Assembly: GCA_048213135.1 (NCBI GenBank)
Contig: PS015207.1
Span: 48,961-92,717 of the forward strand
Reading direction: 5' to 3'
DNA length: 43,757 nucleotides
Source: Reclinomonas americana ATCC 50394
Taxonomy: Eukaryota
Shown: piece after piece, positions 1 to 11,000 of the stretch
Position numbering within the stretch: position 1 is the first letter of the stretch
Layout: every line of letters starts with the position of its first letter
Program-made: the position numbers and the translations under genes
The notes under the pieces: generated by a model
What the model was told of the DNA's origin: nothing
Databases searched by the model: none
What the model saw: the letters and a program-made list of their open reading frames with translations, nothing else

Positions 1-165
1 AGAGAAGAGAGGGGGAGAGACGGAGGCGGAGGGAGAGAGAAAAAGACAGTGAGTGAGAGATGGGAGAGAGAGAGAGAGACTGAGAGATCTAGAGAATGAG
101 AGAGAATGAGAGAGAGATGGGAGAGAGAGAGAGAGAGACTGAGAGAGAATGAGAGAGACAGAGTG
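1..165. repeat. Imperfect (GA)n microsatellite, probably intronic to the first gene
   Basis: Direct: degenerate gagaga run. Confidence 0.9.
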
Positions 166-230
166 TCTGTGTGTGATGTCAGTCCTCTCGATAATACTTT
201 GTGCTCACGATCGTCATTCATATTCATGCA

Positions 231-2225
231 GCGTACCTCGCGTACTATGTGCATCATTCGGACGCCTTCACCCTCACGCGCACTGTTCAACTGAGTAGCA
301 ACGGTTGGCTCAGTGCGGCCACCAACAAGTCTGTGCTGGTGGTGAGTGTGATCGGGTATTTCATTGTACACCGCAGTGTTTTACTTACCTTGGTCAATGA
401 AGCGACGCAATGTGTCGGCCTTGTATCCCTTTGCATCCGTGCCCACACTGGCCGTCGCACTGACTGGCGTGCGTGCCAGACGACGGTCGTCGCTTGTTAC
501 TGGTGGATCCGCAACTCTCTCTGACAACTTTGTGCTGTCACACGGATCGGTCAGCCGCACACAAGGCGACATTCATGGCGTCGTCACCGGCGACGCGCAA
601 GTAGAGCGTCTGTATGCGCGAGTTGCCATTGGCCCTGCTCGTGAAGATGCTTCAAACCGTACGGGGTTTGTCATGCGAGCTGGTGGTGCGTGTGCTGCTG
701 CCGTGTCTCTCTCCGCTTGATTGAAAAGCACCTCTCACGCCTGTCTGCGAGCACAGAGACCACGCACACCTCTGACGCGCTCACGGCCACGGTCAGCTTG
801 ATTTCGGTGGACGCGCCGAACGGACTGCTCGCTGCCACCTTGTCGACGCAGCTGTTCTTGCGTGGCTGGAAGTCCAAGTCCGGTGGCGAAGCCGTGATCA
901 GCCACCACGTGTTGAACAGCTCGCTCGACTTGCAGACGCATGTGGTCGGCGGCGAGACGTTTGTGAGCGGCTTTACGTTTGCCACTGAGGATCCAGGAGC
1001 CGGCAACACGACGCTTGTCACGTGGACCGCCGTGGGCCGAGTCACTGTCGGTGCGCCGCCGCAGTGTCCCACTGGCTTCTTCGGGTCGGACTGCAGCCAG
1101 TGTCAGCTGGGCGTCGGCGAGTCAGTGTGCTCGTCCGACGTGATGAGCGTGCTCTCCTGCAACGGCGCGCCGGTGACGGTGGCATGCACGGGCGGAAATG
1201 TGTGCTTGCAGCAGACGGCGACTGTAGCAATCTGCGCGGCCTCTTGCCTGCAGCGCTTCAGCCCCCCGATCGGCGTCTCGGCCGGTTTCATACCGACTGT
1301 TGCAGCGAGTCACAGTGGCCGAAACCTTGCTGTCTCGTATCCAGGCCCATCCGGTGGCGTATTTACTTCGCAAGACCTGGGCGCGACATGGACGAAAGTC
1401 CTCAGCAACACCGCTTCTCTGCCCGTGGCCGCCGTTGTGATGAGCACCGACGGGGGAAGGCTGGTCGCCATCACCACAGCCAAGCCGGTGGATGTTCAGA
1501 TTTCCGAGGACGGTGGAGCGACTTGGACTGGCGTGTCCACCGGTTCCAACGTCTCTTTCCAGTCGATAACGATGAGCGAGGACGGCACGACAGTGGTTGT
1601 CTCTGCTGCTGGCATCGACGACGATATCGCTGTGTCGACGGATGGTGGCTATACATGGGCACATCGCAGCTTGCCAGTAGGCGTGTTTGCGTACGTCGAT
1701 GCCGTGGAGTTGAGCGGCGACGGGCGGCTGCTGTATGCCTCGCAAGTCAACTCCCACCACAACTTCGTGTCGGCCGACCTGGGTGTCACTTGGACTGCTC
1801 TTGGCGGACCGGCTGATGTGACGCAATTTTTCAGACTCCATGTCGATCACACCGGTTCGACCGTCTTGGCTGCTGCACTTGTGAATGGAGTTCGCGAGAG
1901 TTTCGACGGCGCGAGGACGTGGACCAGAATCGACAATGCTTCGCTTTCCAGCTATTTCACCGACGTTACCCTCCGCGCTACCGATGGATCTATTTACTCG
2001 ACTTATTTGCGGCTCTCCGGCTCGCCGAATCGTACCAACATTCAGCGATCAACGGATGGTGGCGCGACGTGGAAGACGACGAGTCTGACTACCACCTATC
2101 CGACCTATCTTTGGGTCGCTGTGGCTGTGGCGGAGGAATCGCCGATCGTGATTGCCGCGAGTAACTGGACCCCGTCGGCGGTGGTTTTGGTGGGGGGTGC
2201 TTGTTTTGAGACGGATGTGGTGTGA
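231..2225 (+). CDS. Probable extracellular protein (5'-partial, spliced) with a Cys-rich EGF-like segment and a C-terminal Asp-box (BNR) beta-propeller
   Basis: The long terminal exon (ORF 690-2225) has CPTGFFGSDCSQC and six Asp-boxes: SQDLGATW, SEDGGATW, STDGGYTW, SADLGVTW, SFDGARTW, STDGGATW. An upstream exon probably starts after the acceptor at 230; the upstream exon structure is uncertain. Confidence 0.8.
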
Positions 2226-2338
2226 TCGAAGCTTAAGGAGAGGGTGGGGGAGAGGGTGGAGGGGAAGGAGAGGGTGGAGGAGGGAGGAGAAGGGAGCGGG
2301 AAGAGGTGTGTAACAAAGATGACTGTTGGAGAAGTAAT

Positions 2339-2436
2339 TATGTGTTTTTTTATGTTGTTGGTGTGCCAAGGTCAAGGGTCAAGGGATTTGTGGGCGTTTA
2401 TCGCATTATTGAAATGTGGTGGATGAAGTGTTTTGT
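2339..2436 (+). repeat. Dispersed ~98-bp repeat, copy A
   Basis: Aligns by eye to the reverse complement of 18141-18238 (ttgttggtgtgccaa...caagggatttgtgg...tcgcattatt...aatgtggtg.atgaagtgttttgt). Confidence 0.85.
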
Positions 2437-2591
2437 TTTTTGTTTCTTTTGGTTATCAATGCATTTGTAGCAGTTTTTTTGTTTTTTGAATGTTTCTTTG
2501 AAGGTGATTGAAGTAGATGGTGTCAGCTATGGGTGGAGAGGGATAGGAAAGCGGACAGGTTGCAAGTGTGCGCATTTCTTTCTCTATCTCT

Positions 2592-3043
2592 GTCGCCAAG
2601 CACGACAAGCAACACTCATAAGTTCACATACATTCTCATCTTCCACCTCCTTCTCCATATTATTCTAGTTCTTGTTCTTGTTCTTATTGTTCTGCTTCCT
2701 CCTCTCTCTCTCTCTCTCTCTCGCAGTAGTCGCCAAGCACGACATTCAACAATCACCAAGGTTGACACAAGTTCCCATGTATCTCTCTGTTACTCTCTCC
2801 TTCTCAGTCTCTCTCTCTTTTTCTCTCTCTTTTTCTCTCTCTTTTTCTCCCTCTTTTTCTCTCTCCTTGTCTCTCTCACGGTGAACTGCCCCATCGCTGC
2901 CGGATTACTTGACAACAGGGCCGTCGACATCATAATCTCTCTCTCCTTGTTGTTCTTCTTCTTTTTCTTCTCCTTTCTTGTTCTTTCTCGCTCTCTCAGT
3001 GCGCACTGTCACACCGTTGCCAAAGTAGTCGCCAAGCACGACA
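2592..3043 (+). repeat. Three exact copies of the 16-mer GTCGCCAAGCACGACA (hairpin-forming)
   Basis: Copies at 2592-2607, 2729-2744 and 3028-3043. Copies 2 and 3 share 20 nt (AGTAGTCGCCAAGCACGACA). Confidence 0.9.
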
Positions 3044-3129
3044 GGCGTGTCTATCGATTGTTAATTATGGCGTGACTGCCTGGCCGTGACAAGCGTGACC
3101 AACACACTGCGTTGGTCAACAATTGCCAC

Positions 3130-5003
3130 AAATAGAACCTGATGAAAGGACGCCTCACGCACATGTACTGCATAGGTCGCTTTTTAGCACATCACAATGA
3201 GTATAGGTTGTTGCTGCAGCTGGGCAGTTCTGTGTGTTGACGCTAGACATTGCTTGGCACAGTTGTCGGACAGTTTTGCACTCCCCAATACCCGTGAGCG
3301 ACGTGAACACGAGGCGCAGCAGCGTGAAATCATGTAGTGCTTGCAGATCTCCCGCCACGAAAGTGTCGTCGACCGCCTGCGACCAACTCAGCTGGAGGAA
3401 GGTGGCCGTGGCCGCACTGCGGTGGACGTCAGCGTTCCGAATTCGAACACGCTGCTGCACATTCGCCAGTTCTCGAAGCCCACCAGCGCCACCTTCACCA
3501 CCACCATGTCTCCATCGGCCAGCAACAGCAACAGCTTGCGTACGTCGTACATTCTGACAGTGAGCAAGAGCAATCTTCGCCCGGCATGCTGGCGGACGGC
3601 ATCGCCGTGTTGCCATACGCAGTACCTGCTACTGGAACCGGACAGATTTCCCGGACACTTGGACGAAACGCTGTCCATAGAGCGTAGCCACCATGATAAT
3701 CACTGCAAAAAGTGTCCGGTCAGTATCCCGACATGTTCCTCTATCGAATGACATGCGTCTCGGTGGTCACCGATCAGTTGGCGTCGCGCACTGCTGTGTC
3801 CAAGTTGACCGAGTTTGGCGGCAGTTTCGGCCATTTTGACGGTCGTCGTGTCCGGCAAGGCAGCAAAGACGAATGAGTGCTCCCTTCGGCCGGAAACGTG
3901 TCCGGATAAGATCACAAGACATCCTCCTACCACATCCACCACTTTGAGAGGAGAGAAAGTGAAGCAGTGAGACAAAAACACAGTGGACATCTGTCCGGAG
4001 GTTTTGGCAAATTGAGCCGAAGCTGACATTTGGACAGTGTTTGCTGGCTCCACCGCTAGTGGTGTCGTCTCTTTCCCTATTTTCGCCCGCAACGTCTCGC
4101 CCTTAGCTGTTTCTATCAGACCTCTGGTCCGCAAGGGGATGAGGGGCTTCGCTCGCCTTCTGTGTTCGTGCGATGTTCGGTCCGACGGATGAATTTGCTA
4201 TGTAAACTTCTGTAGACTTTCAGTGTTTTTGCATTGTCGAACACATGGCGAATTTTTTTCTCGCTGTTGGTGTTCTTCCTGGCTACTGAAACATCACCAT
4301 CGCTCTGCGCATCTCTCAGTGCACACCAGCCACTGCGTTGCTCACGCAGCAAGATGCTTGCAGCAGAAAGCCGCGTCTAGAACTGAATTTTCTCCGCATT
4401 TGGAAACTGGCTCGTCAAGTGTGTAACCAGCGCAGCTATCGCTCCAGATGGCTGGCACCACCGCGCTCAGTCTCAGTATGTAGCTACCCCTGTCGGCCGC
4501 CTCCTCACCAACGCCCGAATGTACAGTGCAGTCCCTTCTGGCTGCAGACGCATGACGATGTCATCGGGTGTCATGTTCACTTTGTCCGGTTCTTTGTGGC
4601 AGGTACTGCGAGAGTTAATACGCAGGCAGCTCCCTGCAACTGTCGCTGTCCGACGTGGTCATCACTCGCGCGGACTCGCCCACAACCATAGTGGCACGCG
4701 GCAACTTGCAGGGCACATTCTACATCACCGCACCGGCGGCAAGCATCTGACCGCCCATGTTTGGCACGGCGAAGGCCGACGCGACGGTAATCAAGCCAGT
4801 CGCGATCGCTGCGACATCAGCGGTACATTGATAGTGGTGGTTGTGGATCCCGTGGTGGTGGCCGAGATGGTTGCGAAGAGAGCTGCTGCTGCTGTTAGGA
4901 AAGAAGTTAGAGCACTTCATCTTCAGTGCCAGCACCAACGCAGCGCGCGACAGCAAGCTTAAGACTGGTGAAGTACAGATCCGGAGGAGGTCGCTTCCTC
5001 ATG
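3130..5003 (-). mobile_element. Possible decayed DNA transposon (BED-finger/hAT-like remnant)
   Basis: The minus strand reads LYFTSLKLAVARC.. then, after a frameshift, KCSNFFPNSSSSSLRNHLGHHHGI, which resembles a BED zinc finger. Near 3150 it reads STCA/REASF, weakly like the hAT dimerisation motif. Many stops and frameshifts. Confidence 0.3.
3638..3998. repeat. Cluster of six TGTCCGG/CCGGACA heptamers
   Basis: CCGGACA at 3638 and 3651; TGTCCGG at 3713, 3849, 3899 and 3992. Confidence 0.8.
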
Positions 5004-5226
5004 ATCAAAAGTGCGGTGATCGGCGGCGATGGTGTGCGTGTCAGATGCTGATGGTTCACCTCCAACGCCTGATGCTGTGTGTTGAAAGGGAGAGAGAGAG
5101 TGTGCTAGGGCGCAACGAAGTGGAAATGGCGCGCTGCGCTGCGCATCGCAACATAAAACTGGAACGAAAGAGCACAACTTTCTTCTCTTTTTTCTTCTCT
5201 TTTTCTTCTCCTTCTCTCCTCTCTCT

Positions 5227-5262
<36 letters not shown>

Positions 5263-5902
5263 CTCTCAGATGCACATATGTTCTCCGATCCCTTGGCCTC
5301 CCTCCCCTCTCTCTCTCGTCGTTTCTCGCGCTCTCTTCCGCACTTCTTTCCATGCTTCTCTCTTGCAATCACACTGACCTGGTGCGCTTGCATGCTGTGG
5401 ATTTCCATTGCCACCACTTCAAGAAAAGTGCCATTGGTGTCGTCACTGGCTGCCACACCACGCCAGTGCGCCAACAGTCACCACCGCAATCAAGAGGAGT
5501 AGCAGGCAACGAAGCATGTCTCCCATGAAGAACAACAACGCAGGTGCTTTATCCCTTCTTCTCGCACGCAAACTGCGTGAATATGCACTATTTACTTTCC
5601 TTTTCAAGAAACGGGAAGTGTTGAAAGCAGTATTTGTCATGACGGCAGGTTGTAGTGCGCTTAAACCTATGCCGCGCACGAACGCTGTCATCCCGCACTC
5701 ATTGTGAGCCAACTGTCACTACTCTGAAGACACACAACATCGAAAGCGCACACACCAGTGTCTAACAATTGCGATTTGATTCTGAATTCAACTTACGGAG
5801 ATAGCATGTCATTGTTTTGTCCTTTAAGTTACCCTGAGCACTGGTGAGCGCTAGCGTTGGCAGACACCTCGCTCCCTTGTTACACGTTCTCTCTCTCTCT
5901 CT

Positions 5903-5936
<34 letters not shown>

Positions 5937-5980
5937 ATTGTCTGATCGACTCTGACTCGCGAGACGCACAGCGGAAGTCA

Positions 5981-7671
5981 ATGCACACCAAACTCCCGCG
6001 CGTCGCCGCCATTGTGGCGCTGGTACTCGTTGCATGCGCATTCTCTGCGCCCGCTGCGAGGGCCCTCTTGCACGATACAGTCTCCGTGTCGGTGCGTTGC
6101 TGTTTTTGGCACCCACACGCGACTTATCATGTCTCACTGGGAGTGTGCATGCGCAGTCACAGTTACAGTGGAACCGCGCAGCTTCTCCGCGCATTCGACT
6201 CTCGTTTCACGCCGCTCCCGCTTCTCGTTCTTCGTCGACGTACCGCGACGTGCTGCCCGCTGATGTGCGCACTGTCGAGGATGCCGCGCTGTTTCACGTG
6301 CGTCGCCTTGTGAGTGCGCATGCGGAAATGTCCGCGTCCGCCTCTCGCCACGGCCAACAGCATCGAGTCGGCGTGCAAGCGACACCTGCAGGTGCGTGAT
6401 GTGTGGAATGAGAGCGGGGTGGAGAGAAGAGAACCGCCTGCATTATTATGTCTGTCTGCGCATGAACATGCGTCCGCTTTTCGCTTTCACGAATCTGGCA
6501 TGTCAAATGCACACCTCTGTCTGTGTGCTCTGCTCTCTCTCTCTCTCTCTCTCNNNNNNNNNNNNNNNNNNNNNNNNNNNNNNNNNNNNNNNNNNNNNNN
6601 NNNNNNNNNNNNNNNNNNNNNNNNNNNNNNNNNNNNNNNNNNNNNNNNNNNNNNNNNNNNNNNNNNNNNNNNNNNNNNNNNNNNNNNNNNNNNNNNNNNN
6701 NNNNNNNNNNNNNNNNNNNNNNNNNNNNNNNNNNNNNNNNNNNNNNNNNNNNNNNNNNNNNNNNNNNNNNNNNNNNNNNNNNNNNNNNNNNNNNNNNNNN
6801 NNNNNNNNNNNNNNNNNNNNNNNNNNNNNNNNNNNNNNNNNNNNNNNNNNNNNNNNNNNNNNNNNNNNNNNNNNNNNNNNNNNNNNNNNNNNNNNNNNNN
6901 NNNNNNNNNNNNNNNNNNNNNNNNNNNNNNNNNNNNNNNNNNNNNNNNNNNNNNNNNNNNNNNNNNNNNNNNNNNNTCCTCCTCCTCCTCCTCCTTCTTG
7001 TCTTTCTTCTCCTCACGCGCAAACGCCCTTATATTTGTCAGCGACTCGTGTACGGATTCTTTCACACATTTTTCCCGAGCTGTTACAAACAGCAGCAGCA
7101 GCAGCTCCTCAATCAATGATAGATTTGCTCACTCGTTCCTTGCCGCCTCGCGCACAGCCGAATCAGCCTCCGTCTCTCTACATGTGGCGCGCCTTGTCAC
7201 GTCGCTGCACGGTGGTCGCGTCACGGCCGCACACGTACGCCAGTCGGTTCACGGCGTGGAGGTTTTGAACAGCGAAGTTCGCATGCTCCTGCATCCGACC
7301 TCGTTCCAGTTGTTGTCTGCCACTGGTTCGCTGGTCGACGTCGCCTCCTTCACCTTCGCCTCCGAGTTCCACGCCGCCGCCTCGTCCGTCGATGGTGGTG
7401 CCTTTGCGGTGCCCGCCGACGTTGAACAGTACAAACAGGCCCTGGTGACGGCGCTGAACGAACATTTCGGCGCCAACAATGCCATCAGCGTGGACAACGT
7501 ACGCTTTGAGGAGTTCACGCGCCATGGCCTCCACAGCGATGTGTGGCTGTATACGAGTGAGGGAGCTCCGGTGACTGTGCGCAGCCCGCATGGCAGCCGA
7601 GTGAGAAAGGTGTGGATCGGGCAAGTGATGGAACACACGCACTTTCTTGCCCTTCGGGTCACCAGCTCACT

Positions 7672-7726
<55 letters not shown>

Positions 7727-7989
7727 GTACGTACGTACGTACGTACGTACGTACGACGACGTACGTACGACGACGACGCNNNNNNNNNNNNNNNNNNNNN
7801 NNNNNNNNNNNNNNNNNNNNNNNNNNNNNNNNNNNNNNNNNNNNNNNNNNNNNNNNNNNNNNNNNNNNNNNNNNNNNNNNNNNNNNNNNNNNNNNNACGG
7901 ACGGTACGGTAAGGTACGGTACGGTACGGTACGGTACGGTACGTACGTACGTACGTACGTACGTACGTACGTACTCGTCGTCGTCGTCG

Positions 7990-8065
<76 letters not shown>

Positions 8066-11000
8066 GTGGTATCCCCATCTTCGCGCACCTTGTTTCCCTT
8101 CACACACACGCACATACACGCACATACACGCACACACACACACACACTCGCGCACACACGCGCAGTCTTCTTTCTCTTCTGTGCCGGTGTGCTGCGCTGT
8201 GTCTGAATCTTGGCGCAGCTCATCGCTGCTGAAGAGTGCACATGCGATGTCTCGCGTTGTACCTTTTATGTGGATTCTTCGCTCTCTCGGAGCTATGCGT
8301 TCTTTTAATCTCTCCACCTCTCATCTCTACCCCTTCACGCTGTTAACGTTCCTTCCGTCGGCTTCCATCTCTCCTTCGCCTGTCTCTCTCCCCCTCCTTC
8401 CTCCTCCCCTTCCCCCTTCGCCCTTCTCCACTCTTCTTCATGGCCCTCACCATTCCCTGCTCTGCGCCCACAGGCATTCTTTCCCTCCCCCACCGGCTCT
8501 CTCATACCGGCCTTCTTTGTCGAGTTTGACGCCACGTTGGCCACCATCAGCAATGCGCCACCCTCCGTCTTCCGCTTCGTCATTGCCAGTGACACGTGGC
8601 ACGTTCTCGAGTCGGCCAACCTCACCGCCAACGAGACGTTCAACTATCGTGTGTGGGCACGATCCGACGGCAACAAGCTGCCAGCCGACAGCCCAACCGA
8701 GGATTGGATGCCGCATCCAACTGGTATGCCGGACGGCTTGTTACCCGCGTTTGTGCCTCCGTCGCTGGTGTCGATGGACTCGTTCAACAAGTTCCTCGAT
8801 CCGTGGTTGCCGGCGGGTGCCACAGAGACGCGCGGCAACAACGTGGACGCGTATGCCGACCTGGCTGGACCCGACGGATTCAGTGCGGGCGACCTGCGTG
8901 CCACAACCACCTCACCAAACACCTTCGACTACGTGTACGACTTGACACATGACGCGCTGGCGTCGCCGACGCAGACCATGGCCGAGGTGACGCAGCTGTT
9001 TTACGTCACCAATTATTTGCACGACTACTGGTACGACTCTGGGTTCGACGAGTCTGCCGGCAACGCGCAGCATGACAACTACGGCCGTGGTGGCGTGGGC
9101 GGAGACTCGATGAAGGCTGAGGCGCAGGACTACGACGGCGTAAACAACGCCAACATGTCGACTCCGTCGGATGGTATGCGCCCGCAGATGCAGATGTATT
9201 CGTGGACTATCGGCAGCTCTGGTCATTTGCTGGCGACGCCGCCGGGTGTGTCGTACAAGACTGGCTCAGCAGACTTCTGGCCGACTAAGTTTTCGGTTCG
9301 TTGCAACATCTTGCATTAAGCCCGCACACTCAGCGCCACCACTCACTTTGTCGGTTGCACTCGTGCAGGTGTCTGCCCCGATTGTAGCGGTGACGACCGA
9401 CCCTCTGGCGTGCACAGCCATTACGGAAGACGTGGCTGGAGCAATTGCTCTCATCCGACGCGGCGCGTGTTCATTCCAGAGCGTAACGCTCAGCGCTGAA
9501 CAGGCGGCCGCCGTCGGCGTGCTGATTGTCAATTCCGACGATGATTTGGTTGTCTTGCACGGCGACTTCGATTTTCCACCTCTGAATATTCCCACGGCAT
9601 CGCTCCGCAAGTCAGACGGTGACGCGCTCTTCGACAGTCTCAACAACAACGTCGAGGTGATCGGCGAGTTGACGTCAGTGATGCAGCGCGCCGGGTCGCT
9701 GGACACGACGACCATGCATGAGTGGGGCCACTACCTCCATCACCGCCTCGCACAGTGCGACTTAGGATCGCAGTGCAACTCCATGTCGGAGGGCATTGCA
9801 GACTTTGTGGCGCTGCATCAATCGGTGCGTGAGGGCGACAATCTGGATGGCTCGTATGCCTGTGGCATCTACGCCTTCAATGACGCGTACTTCGGCGTCC
9901 GGCGTCTCCCGTACTCGGTCGACAAGAGCAAGAACCCGATGACCTTCAAATACGTGTCGGATAGCGTGCCGTTTGAGTTCACTCCACCGGTGCCCACTGC
10001 AGATAATGGTGCTGTCAATTCTGAAGTACACAACGCGGGCGAGGTCTGGGCGACTGCCATGTTTGAGGTGAGCAGGGGTACAGAGACGGAGGGTGAGTGG
10101 GAGGAGAGTAGGAGAGTGAGTGGGCAGGAAGCTGGTACACAAGCCACTCTTTTGGTCTCCTCTCTTTTTTGTATTCCGTCATTTTCTCTTTGTCGTCTCA
10201 CTTCCATCCCCTCTCGCTCCTTCCTCTTTCGATATTCATTATGTTGTGCATTGCACGCGAACGTCATTCTCCCATCAGCCTATGTCGTCCTTGTTCTTCC
10301 CCCTCGTGTTTTCTGGTGTCCTCCTCATTCTACACTTCCTTCTCTGGCGCTACCGCCCCTTTCACTAACCCTGCCGCTTTACTTCTCCCTCCCTCACCTC
10401 TCTCGCACACACACAGAGCTACATCGGTCTCCACAAGAATGCCAATGGACGCGCATTTGCCCAAATCAAGCGCGCCATGGCCGACTACGTGGTGGCCGGC
10501 TTGCTGCTCACACCCGCCGAAGCCACGTTCACTCAGCAGCGTGATGCGTTGCTGCTGGCCACGACCGTCCTCAACGCAGCAGACGCGACGATCATGGCCT
10601 CGGCATTTGCTGTGCGTGGACTTGGTTCGTATTGCTTGAGTGTGTCTCTGAGGAGGACACTCCTTGTCTCTCTCTCTCTCTCTCTCTCCCACTCTCTTCC
10701 GCAACTTGCTTTTTGCTGATGACCTGTACATGCAGGAGCGTGTGCGGTATCGCCGACGCGTCATGACAACACTGATTTGATTGAGTCGTTTGAAAACGAC
10801 TGGTCCTACTTCAACGTATTTATGGAGCACGTGAGTGTGGGAGAGGGAGCTGTGATCTGCAACCACGACGGCTTGGTGGTGCGTACATTTCAGTCGTGCT
10901 CCATTTGCGATAATTGTATGCCACCACTCACATGTGCGCACATGCAGCAAGCCGGCGAGGACGGTGTTGTGCGGGTATCTGTGCAGACCCCCCAGTTCTA

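Noticed and set aside
2592-3043. CRISPR array
   Set aside because: Only three 16-nt repeats, with unequal spacers of 121 and 283 nt that are microsatellite-rich, no cas genes, and a eukaryotic context.
7723-7992. (CGTA)n/(CGGTA)n/(CGA)n arrays that look like a novel satellite or palindrome array
   Set aside because: They arise from (CT)n runs on both sides of an N-gap and follow the TACG cycle typical of pyrosequencing phase noise, so they are probably artefacts.
6294-8317. Long ORFs spanning N-gaps and poly-ER/LS/RTYV ORFs (similar ones near 5.1, 22.3, 39.0 and 42.7 kb)
   Set aside because: They are translations of gaps and microsatellites. Only 7158-7609 and the end of exon 2 (to 6391) are real coding sequence in this interval.
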